NCBI GenBank assembly: GCA_025354385.1
Contig: JANXMZ010000003.1
Location: 44,659 to 108,658 of the forward strand
Direction of reading: 5' to 3'
Source: Bacteroidota bacterium
GTDB lineage: Bacteria > Bacteroidota > Bacteroidia > NS11-12g > UBA955
Length of the DNA stretch: 64,000 nucleotides
Each line of letters begins with the position of its first letter. Position 1 is the first letter of the stretch. Shown piece after piece: positions 1 to 9,674 of the stretch. The notes under the pieces were generated by a model. It was given only the letters and a program-made list of their open reading frames with translations. It searched no databases and was not told the origin of the DNA. Position numbers and translations under genes: made by a program.

Positions 1-970
1 TTTTACTAATTTTCTTCTGGAGGCGCGAGGCTTCTTCTTCATCATACACCGATTGAGCTCTTTCAACTAAACTCACTACATCCCCCATCCCGAGTATCCT
101 GCTTGCCATCCTATCTGGATAGAATACATCTAATGCATCTAACTTTTCGCCATTGCTAATAAATTTGATGGGTTTATTAACGACAGATTTTATAGACAAA
201 GCCGCACCACCCCTGGTATCACCATCCATTTTCGTTAATACTACTCCATCAAAATCCAGCCTATCATTGAAATTTTTAGCTGTATTTACAGCATCCTGAC
301 CGGTCATGGCATCTACAACAAATAATATTTCTGAAGGCTTTAATGCCGTTTTAATATTGAATATTTCTTGCATCATTTCTTCGTCAATACTCAAACGACC
401 AGCGGTGTCAATGATTACAACATTGTTATTATTTTCCTTGGCAAATTTCAATGAATTTAGTGCAATTTCAACTGGATTTTTATTCTCAATTTCAGTATAC
501 ACTTGCGTATCTATTGAGGCTCCAAGTACCTTCAACTGCTCTATCGCTGCAGGCCTGTATACATCGCATGCTACAAGCAATGGATTTCTACCCTTACTTC
601 TAATGTACTTCGCTAATTTTCCGGAAAAAGTGGTCTTACCTGAACCTTGCAATCCTGCAATTAATATAATCGCAGGAGAACCAGTTATATTAATATCCTT
701 TTGATTGCCTCCTAATAGTTCAACGAGTTCATCGTTTACAACCTTGGTTAATAATTGTCCTGGGGAAACACTTGTTAGTACATTCTGACCTAGGGCCTTA
801 ATTTTAACTTGCTCGGTAAACTCCTTTGCAATTTTAAAATTCACATCGGCATCCACCAAAGCTCTTCTTATTTCCTTGAGCGTTTCCGCAACATTTATCT
901 CAGAAATTCTACCATGACCTTTAAGCGTTTTTATCGCCTTTTCAATTTTTAAACTTAAATTCTCGAACAT
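1..970 (-). CDS. ffh: Signal recognition particle protein Ffh (5' ~970 nt; C-terminal part lies beyond the left window edge)
   Basis: Absent from the ORF track because it runs off the edge. Translating the minus strand from the ATG (complement of 968-970) gives MFENLSLKIEKAIKTLKGHGRISE..., then IAGLQGSGKTTFSGKLA (Walker A, ~625-660) and IDTAGRL (~400-425). This matches SRP54 N+G domains. Confidence 0.9.
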   Translation of the reverse strand, partial: MFENLSLKIEKAIKTLKGHGRISEINVAETLKEIRRALVDADVNFKIAKEFTEQVKIKALGQNVLTSVSPGQLLTKVVNDELVELLGGNQKDINITGSPAIILIAGLQGSGKTTFSGKLAKYIRSKGRNPLLVACDVYRPAAIEQLKVLGASIDTQVYTEIENKNPVEIALNSLKFAKENNNNVVIIDTAGRLSIDEEMMQEIFNIKTALKPSEILFVVDAMTGQDAVNTAKNFNDRLDFDGVVLTKMDGDTRGGAALSIKSVVNKPIKFISNGEKLDALDVFYPDRMASRILGMGDVVSLVERAQSVYDEEEASRLQKKISK

Positions 971-996
971 AAAAAATTCACCTTATTAGAAGAGTG

Positions 997-1004
997 CAAA
1001 AGTA
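997..1004 (-). promoter_or_regulatory. -7 box TACTTTTG(CA) for ffh
   Basis: Exact TAnnTTTG match on the minus strand, 26 nt from the ATG at 970. Confidence 0.5.
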
Positions 1005-1017
1005 GGTGAACGAAGGC

Positions 1018-4000
1018 TTATCGCAAAAGAGTAATTACACCTTCTAGATTAAAATTTTTGGCCCCATCTAAACTCAATGCCTTAATTTTATAAAGATAAT
1101 GTCCTTCTTGGCAAGGTTTGCCCTCAAAGGTGCCATCCCAGCCCTGATGAACATCAAATGATTCGAATACTTTTTCGCCCCATCTGTTGTATATCTCCAT
1201 GTGATAATCTAAAATTGGATTACCTGTTTTGTTATACACTAAAATAGCACTTGGTATAAATACTTCATTATTGCCATCTTTATTAGGGGTAAATACATTG
1301 GGCACCCATAATTGCGATTCGGCTATTAAACATGCCACATTGGAACGACTAACCACCCTATCGGTTGAATCCTTTATTGCTGTTACATAAAAACAAATTG
1401 AATCATCTAATTGATCATCTTTATATGCAAATTGGTTGGTATCGCTTTGCATTTTAGATATGAATTTGTATTGGTTATTATCTCTTAAATAAACCTCATA
1501 TTGCCGAATACCGCTGAACCATTTCTCATAAGCATTCCAACTTAATAAATTAAGATAATTGGCTGTGCTTCCTTTTAAAAGAATTGTTTCGCTAAGGCTA
1601 CTAGATGGCGAGTAATTGCCACAATGATCCTCCGCTCGGATGGTGTATGTGTAAGCTGTAGAATTGGTATTTACATTTGATCCTTTGTCAACAAAACCAG
1701 TACTATCAACTGTTGCGTAATTATTATCGGCACTACTACCTGGATAATACCTAGAAATGTGATAGGTCTTTACATTTCTTATGAAATTATAGGGTCTCCA
1801 ATTGGTGTAAGTTGCGTCATCGGATAATACGGTAGTAGCAATTGGAATTACTGGCTTACTAGGGTATACATATTGAGGTGTTTTACACACTGTATTACTT
1901 TGAGAACGCCATTTACCATTTTTCTGCGCAGCTATAATGTAGTAACAGTAGTTTTTGTTACAGAGTTTATCATCTTTATAAGTGGTTGTTTTGGCGTCTA
2001 TAGAATCCCTTAATTCAAATGGACCACCATTTTCACTTCTGTATAAATAATACCAAGACACGCCTTTAGCAGCGCCTTTGTCCCATCCAGAATATGGCAA
2101 CCAGTTTAATTCTAATTTATTGATTGAATCTTGAATTTTTAATAACATTGTGCAATGCGAAGCTGCTGTTTTGCCTTTCACATTACAATTATCAAGTGTA
2201 TTTAAAGTGTAACAGTATCTGAGCGCGCTGACATCGATTCCTGAAATAACTTTAAAGGTTGTATCCGTTCTATCCGATGTTGAATAAATTTTTGTAAGTG
2301 TGGACGCGTCTCTATACAAATTATAGCCAATAAATCTTGAATAACTAGATTTTGTCCAATTGATAAAAATATCATTATTATTTTGAACCGTCACATAATT
2401 AACTGGTGGTGATTGCAAACCATTTGTATCATTTACATATACATATTTTGTTGCTGTATCGATGCAATTGTGCAAGTCTCTAACAAACAATACCACTTGA
2501 TTTAATTTAATATTATTAAATGTAAAAGATGGATTTTGTTTGGTTGAAGAATCTTTATAAGTTGTTGGATTTCCAAAATCCCATAACCACTGTTTTATAT
2601 CTGCGTTAGAAGGTAAACTACTGGCTGTAAAATTAATAGTTCCACTATAACAAATGGTATCTTTATCCGTTGTAAAGGATGCAACTGGCGGAGCATAGGC
2701 TTTAATAAAATGTTTATTTCTAAGCGTATCTTCGCATCCATTTGAACCACGCGCTATTAGTACTGGGCTATAGTTACCTGCTGGATAATATTTTTGAGGT
2801 GCATCGGTATTATTATCTATTTTACCATCCCCTTCAAAGTCCCATTTGACGGTTTGGGAACCCAAACTCAAATTTTTAAACACTACTTTTAAAGCAGCAC
2901 AGCCCGTATCATTATCAATAGAATAATTGGCTCTAGGTGCTCGTTTAACAAGTATTGAATCCTTTGGTTTAAACACTGCCAAACAACCCAAAGAATCTAA
3001 TACAAAAAGTTTAGGTTTAAAAACTTGTTGTGAAAGTGAACGGTCGAATATCTGATAAGTATGTTTATCAAAATTGATGGAATCTAAATAATTTCCGTCT
3101 CCGTATTCCAAATAAAAGCGGTTATAATATTTACTTTGATTGCCGTATTTAACAGTTAGCTTTTCGCAACCCGTAATATTGGTAATGGTAAATTTAGGGA
3201 TAGGTCCAATTACTTTTATGAATCCTTTTTTCTCTAGGGTATCACTACATCCATAGGCATCAACAATAAGCCTAACATCGCTGCCTGCAGGCCCCGTATT
3301 AGCAAGAAATAAAGTACTGATAGTAGAAAGATTTTCTGTTATCGTATCTCCTTGACTAAAGAACCATGAATATTTGTAAATGTAGGGATGTGTTTTGGCA
3401 ATGACAGTTGAAATAACTGGCGCACAATAATTCAAAGTATCACTGCTTGTGAATTGTGCTTTTATGTTATTAATAACAATTACTTTATAACCTGTATCTG
3501 TGCACTGCCCATTTCCGTATGTGATTAAGCCTATATAAAAAACGCCTTCTCTATTAAAATTTACAGATATATTTTTGGAAGTATCTTTGGGTGAAAAGCT
3601 AGCTGCAGAAGTTGAATCTTTTATAAACCATTTATACTTCACAGCATCCGGATCACTTGTATTTACTAAATCTATTTTGCGGCCAACACAGCCATAAAAA
3701 GGAGCATTAAAACTTGCCTTAACGCCAGAGCTTACCGCAAAAAGCGAACTTGAGTCGCTACAACCAGAGGAGTGATAGTAACTAAAACCAAAATAAAAAG
3801 TCCCAGCCTTTTTTACTTTTACAGGGGTTATCAAATTAGATGGATTCTGAATCTTGAGATAAGTTGTATCCCAATTAGCAGACCAATAATTTGTAATCTT
3901 GCTAGGGTTATTATTTTTAAAATTAAATTCCTGAACTTTTTTAGCTGTTAGAGTTAAAACAAAAGGATTGCAACCCTTTGCTGTAGACTCACTTGTTAGG

Positions 4001-5976
4001 TACCTAACGCCACTTACATACAATTTTGTTTTAAGTCTGAAAGTATCAATACAGGTTCCCTTTTTAGAAACCACTACACATAAAATATTGTATTTACCTG
4101 GCCATAAGCGTCCCATAAAAACGGAGTCGCCTATATCTGAACGAATGTACTTGGTACTATCTGTGTGCTGCACCAACCAAGTGTGATAATTATTTCTGTA
4201 ATAATTGGTATCCTTGTAGATTACTTTCAACATGGTAGTCATGTTGCCACAAATATTGCTGTCTTTTACCTCAAATTTAGGGGCAGGTCTTTGAATAATT
4301 ATTTTGGATTTATAGGTAATAGAATCCTTGCACCCCAATTGATTATAGGCTAAAAGTTTTACTGTATATCTACCGGTATCTGGATAGGTAAATTTAGGAT
4401 TCACATTGGTATCTGTTTTCATAACAGATTTATTCAATGCATAAAAAGTCCATTTGTAATAGTTGCGATATTTAGAGGATCCGGGGGCCGTTGCATTATT
4501 AAAATTAACAAATTCCCCTGGACAAGCAGGGATTGGCAACCAACTAAAAATAGGTTTTATGCTATCTATCACAAATCCAGATTTCCGTATGGCGGTATCA
4601 ATACAACCATTGCTTCCTGTGGCAATCATTCGGATGGTATATTTTGCGTAATATTTACCAATTGCCTTAAAAGGATTACCCGTTGCATTTTGCAAACTTG
4701 TATTTGGCAATGTATCAAAAAACAAATTCCACTTCAAGCTAACGGATACACCATTGTTAACAATGGATAGGTTATTAGCGGTAAATGTATCGGGCTTTAA
4801 GCAACCCAGAGGATTATCTACCTTAAAGAAAGCAATAGGTCCATTTACAGTTACCTGATTATTGTATGTTCTTTCAGATTTACACCCATACTTTTCATCG
4901 GTTACTTTAAAACTATATTGACCAATATCTGTAAACTTAAATGTTTTCACTTTTGGGGTTTCAGAAACAACGGTATAGCTTCCAGGATTTATAGAATAAG
5001 AGGGTGTTTTACTTCTCGCATTTAACAAATTCATGGTAAGGCTTTGTCCACCACATATTGTAATCTTAGAGAATGAGACTGCAAGAATAAGGCTATCGGC
5101 AAACTCCAAATAATTATTTTTCTTGTACGTATAGGTGCAACCCTTCTTGGTAGTAACCTTTATAGAAATGTCAAAAGTATCCGTCGTGTTAAACTTAATA
5201 TTTTTAGGTTCGTAGGCAGAAGACGAAGCAGGCACACCATTTTGAAATGACCAATTCCATGAGGTAATTTTATTTTTTACCGTATCTGACAAATTGGTAA
5301 AATTTATCAACTTTGGAATACATCCATTTAATTTATCAGCACTAAAATCCAGCTTAACTGAATCGGCTACATACACGATACTATCAATCGTTTTCTTTTC
5401 TGTGCAACCAAAAGAATCTTTTAAAAACAAGGTTACATTTTTATATCCGGATGGATAGGTGTATAGAACCTTTAAATTTTTAGGTCCATTCTTATAGAGT
5501 GTATTGTTTAATAGCCAATCTCGTGATACAGATTTGGCCGTATTATCAACGAGGGTAACACTATCATTAAAACGGCAAATTACCAGTAGTGATGGAGTAA
5601 CTTTGATTACAGGCTTCGGTTTTGCATCAATAAAATTAGTTTTTGTTATCGTGCATTTAGAACCGTCCGTATAAGTAAGACGCAGTGAAACACTGTATTT
5701 TCCTGATGACCCAAATAAATTGATGTAAGTACTATCTGAAGTTACATAACCACTGCCCATGTTCCATTCAAAAGTAGTACCAGGCGGAAAATTTCTGGCT
5801 TTAAATTTAACAACTTGAGGCGCACAAATTAGCGTGTCATCCGAAACAACAAGCACTGCTCCACATTGACTAAACCCTTCAAAAGCAGCTAAAAATGCGA
5901 ATAGGAGTAAATATATTTTATGGTAAGTTTTCAATCTAGTTTTAGCAAAAGTACTGATATTATACAAGGAAAGCAA
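1018..5976 (-). CDS. Giant secreted cell-surface protein: >10 tandem PKD/Ig-like repeats, FN3-like modules, C-terminal T9SS type B (CHU_C, gliding-motility-associated) sorting domain
   Basis: 1652-aa ORF with a hydrophobic signal-like N-terminus (IYLLLFAFLAAFEGFSQ). Recurring ~85-aa modules carry W-x-F/WDFGDG-like motifs (WNWSFQNG, WDFEGDGKID, WLWDFGNP). Four FN3-like modules carry Y-x-(L/I)-Y-R motifs. The C-terminus LWVPNVFTPNKDGNNEVF...IYNRWGEKVFES...GWDGTFEGK...GHYLYKI is typical of a T9SS type B CTD. Confidence 0.85.
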   Translation of the reverse strand: MLSLYNISTFAKTRLKTYHKIYLLLFAFLAAFEGFSQCGAVLVVSDDTLICAPQVVKFKARNFPPGTTFEWNMGSGYVTSDSTYINLFGSSGKYSVSLRLTYTDGSKCTITKTNFIDAKPKPVIKVTPSLLVICRFNDSVTLVDNTAKSVSRDWLLNNTLYKNGPKNLKVLYTYPSGYKNVTLFLKDSFGCTEKKTIDSIVYVADSVKLDFSADKLNGCIPKLINFTNLSDTVKNKITSWNWSFQNGVPASSSAYEPKNIKFNTTDTFDISIKVTTKKGCTYTYKKNNYLEFADSLILAVSFSKITICGGQSLTMNLLNARSKTPSYSINPGSYTVVSETPKVKTFKFTDIGQYSFKVTDEKYGCKSERTYNNQVTVNGPIAFFKVDNPLGCLKPDTFTANNLSIVNNGVSVSLKWNLFFDTLPNTSLQNATGNPFKAIGKYYAKYTIRMIATGSNGCIDTAIRKSGFVIDSIKPIFSWLPIPACPGEFVNFNNATAPGSSKYRNYYKWTFYALNKSVMKTDTNVNPKFTYPDTGRYTVKLLAYNQLGCKDSITYKSKIIIQRPAPKFEVKDSNICGNMTTMLKVIYKDTNYYRNNYHTWLVQHTDSTKYIRSDIGDSVFMGRLWPGKYNILCVVVSKKGTCIDTFRLKTKLYVSGVRYLTSESTAKGCNPFVLTLTAKKVQEFNFKNNNPSKITNYWSANWDTTYLKIQNPSNLITPVKVKKAGTFYFGFSYYHSSGCSDSSSLFAVSSGVKASFNAPFYGCVGRKIDLVNTSDPDAVKYKWFIKDSTSAASFSPKDTSKNISVNFNREGVFYIGLITYGNGQCTDTGYKVIVINNIKAQFTSSDTLNYCAPVISTVIAKTHPYIYKYSWFFSQGDTITENLSTISTLFLANTGPAGSDVRLIVDAYGCSDTLEKKGFIKVIGPIPKFTITNITGCEKLTVKYGNQSKYYNRFYLEYGDGNYLDSINFDKHTYQIFDRSLSQQVFKPKLFVLDSLGCLAVFKPKDSILVKRAPRANYSIDNDTGCAALKVVFKNLSLGSQTVKWDFEGDGKIDNNTDAPQKYYPAGNYSPVLIARGSNGCEDTLRNKHFIKAYAPPVASFTTDKDTICYSGTINFTASSLPSNADIKQWLWDFGNPTTYKDSSTKQNPSFTFNNIKLNQVVLFVRDLHNCIDTATKYVYVNDTNGLQSPPVNYVTVQNNNDIFINWTKSSYSRFIGYNLYRDASTLTKIYSTSDRTDTTFKVISGIDVSALRYCYTLNTLDNCNVKGKTAASHCTMLLKIQDSINKLELNWLPYSGWDKGAAKGVSWYYLYRSENGGPFELRDSIDAKTTTYKDDKLCNKNYCYYIIAAQKNGKWRSQSNTVCKTPQYVYPSKPVIPIATTVLSDDATYTNWRPYNFIRNVKTYHISRYYPGSSADNNYATVDSTGFVDKGSNVNTNSTAYTYTIRAEDHCGNYSPSSSLSETILLKGSTANYLNLLSWNAYEKWFSGIRQYEVYLRDNNQYKFISKMQSDTNQFAYKDDQLDDSICFYVTAIKDSTDRVVSRSNVACLIAESQLWVPNVFTPNKDGNNEVFIPSAILVYNKTGNPILDYHMEIYNRWGEKVFESFDVHQGWDGTFEGKPCQEGHYLYKIKALSLDGAKNFNLEGVITLLR

Positions 5977-5987
5977 TAATTTTTTCT

Positions 5988-5995
5988 TACGTTTG
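5988..5995 (+). promoter_or_regulatory. -7 box TACGTTTG(CA) for the TPR lipoprotein gene
   Basis: Exact TAnnTTTG match, 25 nt from the ATG at 6021. Confidence 0.5.
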
Positions 5996-6020
5996 CACCT
6001 TTAATAACATCATATTAACA

Positions 6021-6725
6021 ATGTTTAGACAATTTTTAGCAACAATAGTTGCCTCGGTTTTATTAATTTCCTGCAATGGCTCAGGGAAATCTGGCAATAA
6101 ATCTGAAAAATCATGGAAGGACTTATACAAACAGGCCTATACTAACCATGATTATCCTACTGCGATTGTAGCTTTGAATCAATTAATTATTGAGGACTCG
6201 GCTAATGCCAACTATTATGACTCTTTGGCCACTTATTATCTTAAAAAGACTCAAAATTTTTATGCTGGCAGAGTTATGGTAGATAAAGGTTTGGCGCTGA
6301 ATGCCAACAATCATCAGTTATTAGAGTATAGAAGTTTGCTTTTAATCAGCGAAGGTAAATTTGTAGAAGCCCGTACAATTTTAGAAAAAGCCTATGGCCT
6401 CTCTAAACTCAACAAATACCAATATATGATTGCGACAACTTATGCCAACGAAAAAAATTACGTTGAATTTGAGCGTATTGTTGATGAATTGATTGCCAAA
6501 GATATTCCACATTCAGATCAAATAGAAGCCATGATTGATAACACTAATTCTCAAATGGTAGAGGTAAAAGCTATGTGCTATTTAGGCAAGGCCAAATTGA
6601 GTAAAGATGTGCCAACTATGATGAAATACTTGGATAATACTTTAAAAATTCAACCTGATTATCAAGAAGCTCTTTATATGCTTGAGAATATTCAGAAAAA
6701 AAATGAAGGTCAACAGCCGCAATAA
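6021..6725 (+). CDS. TPR-like repeat lipoprotein, function unknown
   Basis: Lipobox LLISC near residue 17 and a helical repeat-like composition. A -7 box lies 25 nt upstream and a hairpin terminator lies downstream. Confidence 0.6.
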   Translation: MFRQFLATIVASVLLISCNGSGKSGNKSEKSWKDLYKQAYTNHDYPTAIVALNQLIIEDSANANYYDSLATYYLKKTQNFYAGRVMVDKGLALNANNHQLLEYRSLLLISEGKFVEARTILEKAYGLSKLNKYQYMIATTYANEKNYVEFERIVDELIAKDIPHSDQIEAMIDNTNSQMVEVKAMCYLGKAKLSKDVPTMMKYLDNTLKIQPDYQEALYMLENIQKKNEGQQPQ

Positions 6726-6751
6726 TCCTTAAGAATCGATTTAACGAAAAA

Positions 6752-6778
6752 GGGCTAGAATAATTCTAGCTCTTTTTT
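6752..6778. terminator. Bidirectional intrinsic terminator between convergent genes
   Basis: GGGCTAGAA-TAA-TTCTAGCTC hairpin, flanked by an A-run (6747-6751) and a T-run (6773-6778). Confidence 0.7.
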
Positions 6779-6783
6779 ATGTA

Positions 6784-7329
6784 TTAAAGTCGAGGTTTCC
6801 AATTCACCTCATGTATATTTTGTTTCAATCCAGTAAACCTTCCTAAAACAAATAAATAATCAGATAATCTATTCAGATATTGAATAATTTGAGGTTCTAT
6901 TTCTTCTCTATCATTTAATTGCACGCAAAGTCTTTCAGCCCTTCTGCAAACGCATCGCGCAACATGGCAATGTGCAATTTCTGCGCTACCTGCAGGTAAA
7001 ATAAATGCTCTTAATTCTGGCAATTCTTTATTCATGGTATCGATTGCATTCTCTAACAAAGTAGAATCAGATTCATGTAAATCTGGCACAATCATTTTAC
7101 TAGCAGGGGCTGATGCCAAAAGACTGCCAACTGTGAACAAACGGTCTTGTATTTCTGAAAGAATTTGTGAATTATTACCATCACTTACAAAAGATCTTAA
7201 AATTCCTAAATAAGAATTTAATTCATCGACCGTGCCGTAAGCTTCAATTCTGATGTTACTTTTAGGAACCCTTGACCCACCTATTAGCGATGTTTCGCCT
7301 GTATCTCCTCTCTTTGTATAAATCTTCAT
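6784..7329 (-). CDS. ATP:cob(I)alamin adenosyltransferase, PduO/MMAB type
   Basis: N-terminus MKIYTKRGDTGETSLIGGSRVPKSNIRIEAYGTVDELNSYLG is the family signature; 181 aa. Confidence 0.85.
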   Translation of the reverse strand: MKIYTKRGDTGETSLIGGSRVPKSNIRIEAYGTVDELNSYLGILRSFVSDGNNSQILSEIQDRLFTVGSLLASAPASKMIVPDLHESDSTLLENAIDTMNKELPELRAFILPAGSAEIAHCHVARCVCRRAERLCVQLNDREEIEPQIIQYLNRLSDYLFVLGRFTGLKQNIHEVNWKPRL

Positions 7330-7338
7330 CTAACTAAT

Positions 7339-8055
7339 CTAAACAATCTGAATTGCATTTTGTTCGAACTTTAAATTTATCGTATCCGATTCAACTAATC
7401 CATCTCTTAGTCTTACAATTCGCTTTGCATTCAATGCGATATCTTCCTCGTGAGTTACCAGCACAATGGTATTGCCATTCTTATGTATTTCTCTGAATAG
7501 CGCCATTATTTCAATAGATGTTTTGGTATCAAGATTACCAGTTGGCTCATCTGCCAATAAAATGCTTGGATTATTTACCAAACCTCTCGCTATGGCAACC
7601 CTTTGGCGCTGTCCTCCTGAGAGTTCATTGGGCTTGTGTTTAATTCTATCCTTTAACCCAACTTGCACCAATACTTCTTCTGCTCTGGCTAACCTTTCTT
7701 TTTTTGAAAAACCGGCGTACACCAAAGGCAGGGCTACATTTTCAAGAGCATCCATCCTTGGCAATAAATTAAAGGTTTGAAATACAAAACCTATTTCCTT
7801 ATTACGCACTTCTGCCAATTCATTTTCGCTCATTTTGCTAACATCTGTTCCATTTAAAATATAATGCCCTTTGGAAAATGAATCGAGGCATCCCACAATG
7901 TTCATTAGTGTAGATTTACCAGAGCCTGATGGCCCCATAAGTGCAACATATTCGCCTTTATCGATATCGAGGTCGACATTCTTCAAAGCTTGAACAATTT
8001 CTGTCCCAACCTTGTACGACTTTTGAATGCCTTTAATATCTATAAGGTGACTCAT
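7339..8055 (-). CDS. ABC transporter ATP-binding protein (LolD/MacB-like), no adjacent permease
   Basis: Walker [10 protein letters not shown], signature [14 protein letters not shown], Walker [14 protein letters not shown]-loop VTHE. Confidence 0.85.
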   Translation of the reverse strand: MSHLIDIKGIQKSYKVGTEIVQALKNVDLDIDKGEYVALMGPSGSGKSTLMNIVGCLDSFSKGHYILNGTDVSKMSENELAEVRNKEIGFVFQTFNLLPRMDALENVALPLVYAGFSKKERLARAEEVLVQVGLKDRIKHKPNELSGGQRQRVAIARGLVNNPSILLADEPTGNLDTKTSIEIMALFREIHKNGNTIVLVTHEEDIALNAKRIVRLRDGLVESDTINLKFEQNAIQIV

Positions 8056-8348
8056 AAAGCTTTCTCTATTACTTTTGGAACTCTGAAATAATCTGAATCC
8101 TTTTTAGGTGCATTTTGCAAGGCCTGCTCTCTTGAAATCGTATCAATTAATAAATCTTCCCTTACATGATTAGTAGTATCTGTCATGTAAATAAGTGGCT
8201 CTATTCCGTCCGTATTTATTTCATTGAGTTTTTCGCAAAGACCTAAAATATTTTGCAAATCCTTTTTAATATTGGCTTTTGCTTGTTCATCAAATTCAAG
8301 TCGCGCAAGGTGAGCTAACTGGTCTATTTTTTCATTTGTAATATCCAT
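8052..8348 (-). CDS. gatC: Asp/Glu-tRNA amidotransferase subunit C
   Basis: 98 aa; [14 protein letters not shown]...REDL...[10 protein letters not shown] matches the GatC pattern. 4-nt overlap with the downstream ABC ATPase gene. Confidence 0.85.
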   Translation of the reverse strand: MDITNEKIDQLAHLARLEFDEQAKANIKKDLQNILGLCEKLNEINTDGIEPLIYMTDTTNHVREDLLIDTISREQALQNAPKKDSDYFRVPKVIEKAL

Positions 8349-9070
8349 TACTTAGGTGCTTGGTTTAAATCTTCTTCAATGATAGTAAATATTTTGTTGC
8401 GAAACTCATCACAATCCTCTGCTTTTAGATGATTGGTCTTTTCTACACGATGAACTTTATAATGCAGCGCTTGAGGATAAAATTCAAATTTTTCATCGGG
8501 TAATATTTTATAATTGTTATAGAATGTTACTGGTATAACAGGAATCTGATGATCTATGGCAAGTTTAAATGCTCCATTTTTAAATGGTTTTAGTTTGGGG
8601 GCATTTTTCCAAATGGTGCCTTCCGGAAAAATAATGATACTATAACCTTGCTTAATTCTGTCTGCAGCGGTAACAAATGAACGATGGGCACCTATGGCCG
8701 AACTTCTATCTACACCAATATCTACCGTTCTAAAAAAAATACCAAAGAGTGGAATTTTACTCAGTTCTTTTTTTGCCATAAAACAACCTTTCTCTGGAAA
8801 AAATAAGCCAAAAGCGATTATATCTATGTAGGATGTATGGTTAGAAACATAGATGGCAGGTTGCTTAAAGTTATTTCCTTGGTGGTGCTTTTTTACTTTA
8901 ATAAAATTAACTATGACCAGAAACCATGCCCAAGCTTTTCTTAATTTATTGGCTTTGGGATAATACTTTTCATTGCTGAGCCAAATAGAGAACAAAGGGT
9001 AAAGTATCAGAAAACTGATAAAGAACCACCAAATAAACCACACCGCCCCTATTCTAGCCCCTAATTTCAA
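8348..9070 (-). CDS. 1-acyl-sn-glycerol-3-phosphate acyltransferase-like (PlsC family)
   Basis: HX4D acyltransferase motif NHTSYIDI, then FPEGT (IIFPEGTIW); N-terminal TM. The start is TTG at 9070. Confidence 0.8.
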   Translation of the reverse strand: MKLGARIGAVWFIWWFFISFLILYPLFSIWLSNEKYYPKANKLRKAWAWFLVIVNFIKVKKHHQGNNFKQPAIYVSNHTSYIDIIAFGLFFPEKGCFMAKKELSKIPLFGIFFRTVDIGVDRSSAIGAHRSFVTAADRIKQGYSIIIFPEGTIWKNAPKLKPFKNGAFKLAIDHQIPVIPVTFYNNYKILPDEKFEFYPQALHYKVHRVEKTNHLKAEDCDEFRNKIFTIIEEDLNQAPK

Positions 9071-9594
9071 TTGGCAGAGGTTGTATTTTTTGGTCGCAAG
9101 ATATAAGCGAAAATAGCACTAAAGAATAGGCCTCTTGAAGCACCCATGAACAATTGACTAACGAATTGTTGAGTGGGATTGTAGACATAATTAATGTTGT
9201 CTATCGCTGTTTGAAGCTCTAAAGGTGTTTTTTTTAACTCAACAGCGCTCACTTTTGCCAAACCAACTCTATAGTTTATCAAATCGGTTATGAACTGTGG
9301 TTTAAAAGTAAGAAAGTATGAAAATAATAGTGAAACTGCACAGCCAATCATAATGCTAACAAAAAAACCCATGAATACAGCGCGACCAATGGTAAATTGT
9401 GAAGGATTTGAATCGCGATAGGACTTAATGAAAAGAAAAATACCAACAGCAGGGATTAATAGAAACTCACCAAGTATGAATAGCAGATTTACAGCACTTG
9501 AACCACTGTATATTGAGGATGTGGTGTAAATATAGTTTAAAGCGGCACAGGCGCTGCCAAAAGCAAGCCCATAGATTAAAATTTTTTTGCTCAT
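9067..9594 (-). CDS. Polytopic membrane protein (DUF4199-like; family assigned from memory)
   Basis: 175 aa with ~5 hydrophobic segments. First gene of a tightly overlapping minus-strand string. A -7 box TAGTTTTG lies 13 nt upstream. Confidence 0.5.
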   Translation of the reverse strand: MSKKILIYGLAFGSACAALNYIYTTSSIYSGSSAVNLLFILGEFLLIPAVGIFLFIKSYRDSNPSQFTIGRAVFMGFFVSIMIGCAVSLLFSYFLTFKPQFITDLINYRVGLAKVSAVELKKTPLELQTAIDNINYVYNPTQQFVSQLFMGASRGLFFSAIFAYILRPKNTTSAN

Positions 9595-9607
9595 TTGAAA
9601 TTGTTTA

Positions 9608-9615
9608 CAAAACTA
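9608..9615 (-). promoter_or_regulatory. -7 box TAGTTTTG for the DUF4199-plsC-gatC-ABC-PduO string
   Basis: Exact match, 13 nt from the ATG at 9594. Confidence 0.45.
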
Positions 9616-9659
9616 TGATAAAAAGATTTTAATATGCTTTGTTATTTTAAAAAAAAACA

Positions 9660-9667
9660 GAAATTTG
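9660..9667 (+). promoter_or_regulatory. -7-like box GAAATTTG(CA) for the DUF5606-like gene
   Basis: One mismatch (G for T at position 1), 7 nt from the ATG at 9675. Confidence 0.3.
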
Positions 9668-9674
9668 CAGACAT

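Noticed and set aside
306-704. 132-aa plus-strand ORF
   Set aside because: It lies entirely antisense to ffh, whose SRP54 motifs are unambiguous.
3968-4651. Three 62-72-aa plus-strand ORFs
   Set aside because: They are antisense within the 1652-aa PKD-repeat gene. They have no start context or motifs.
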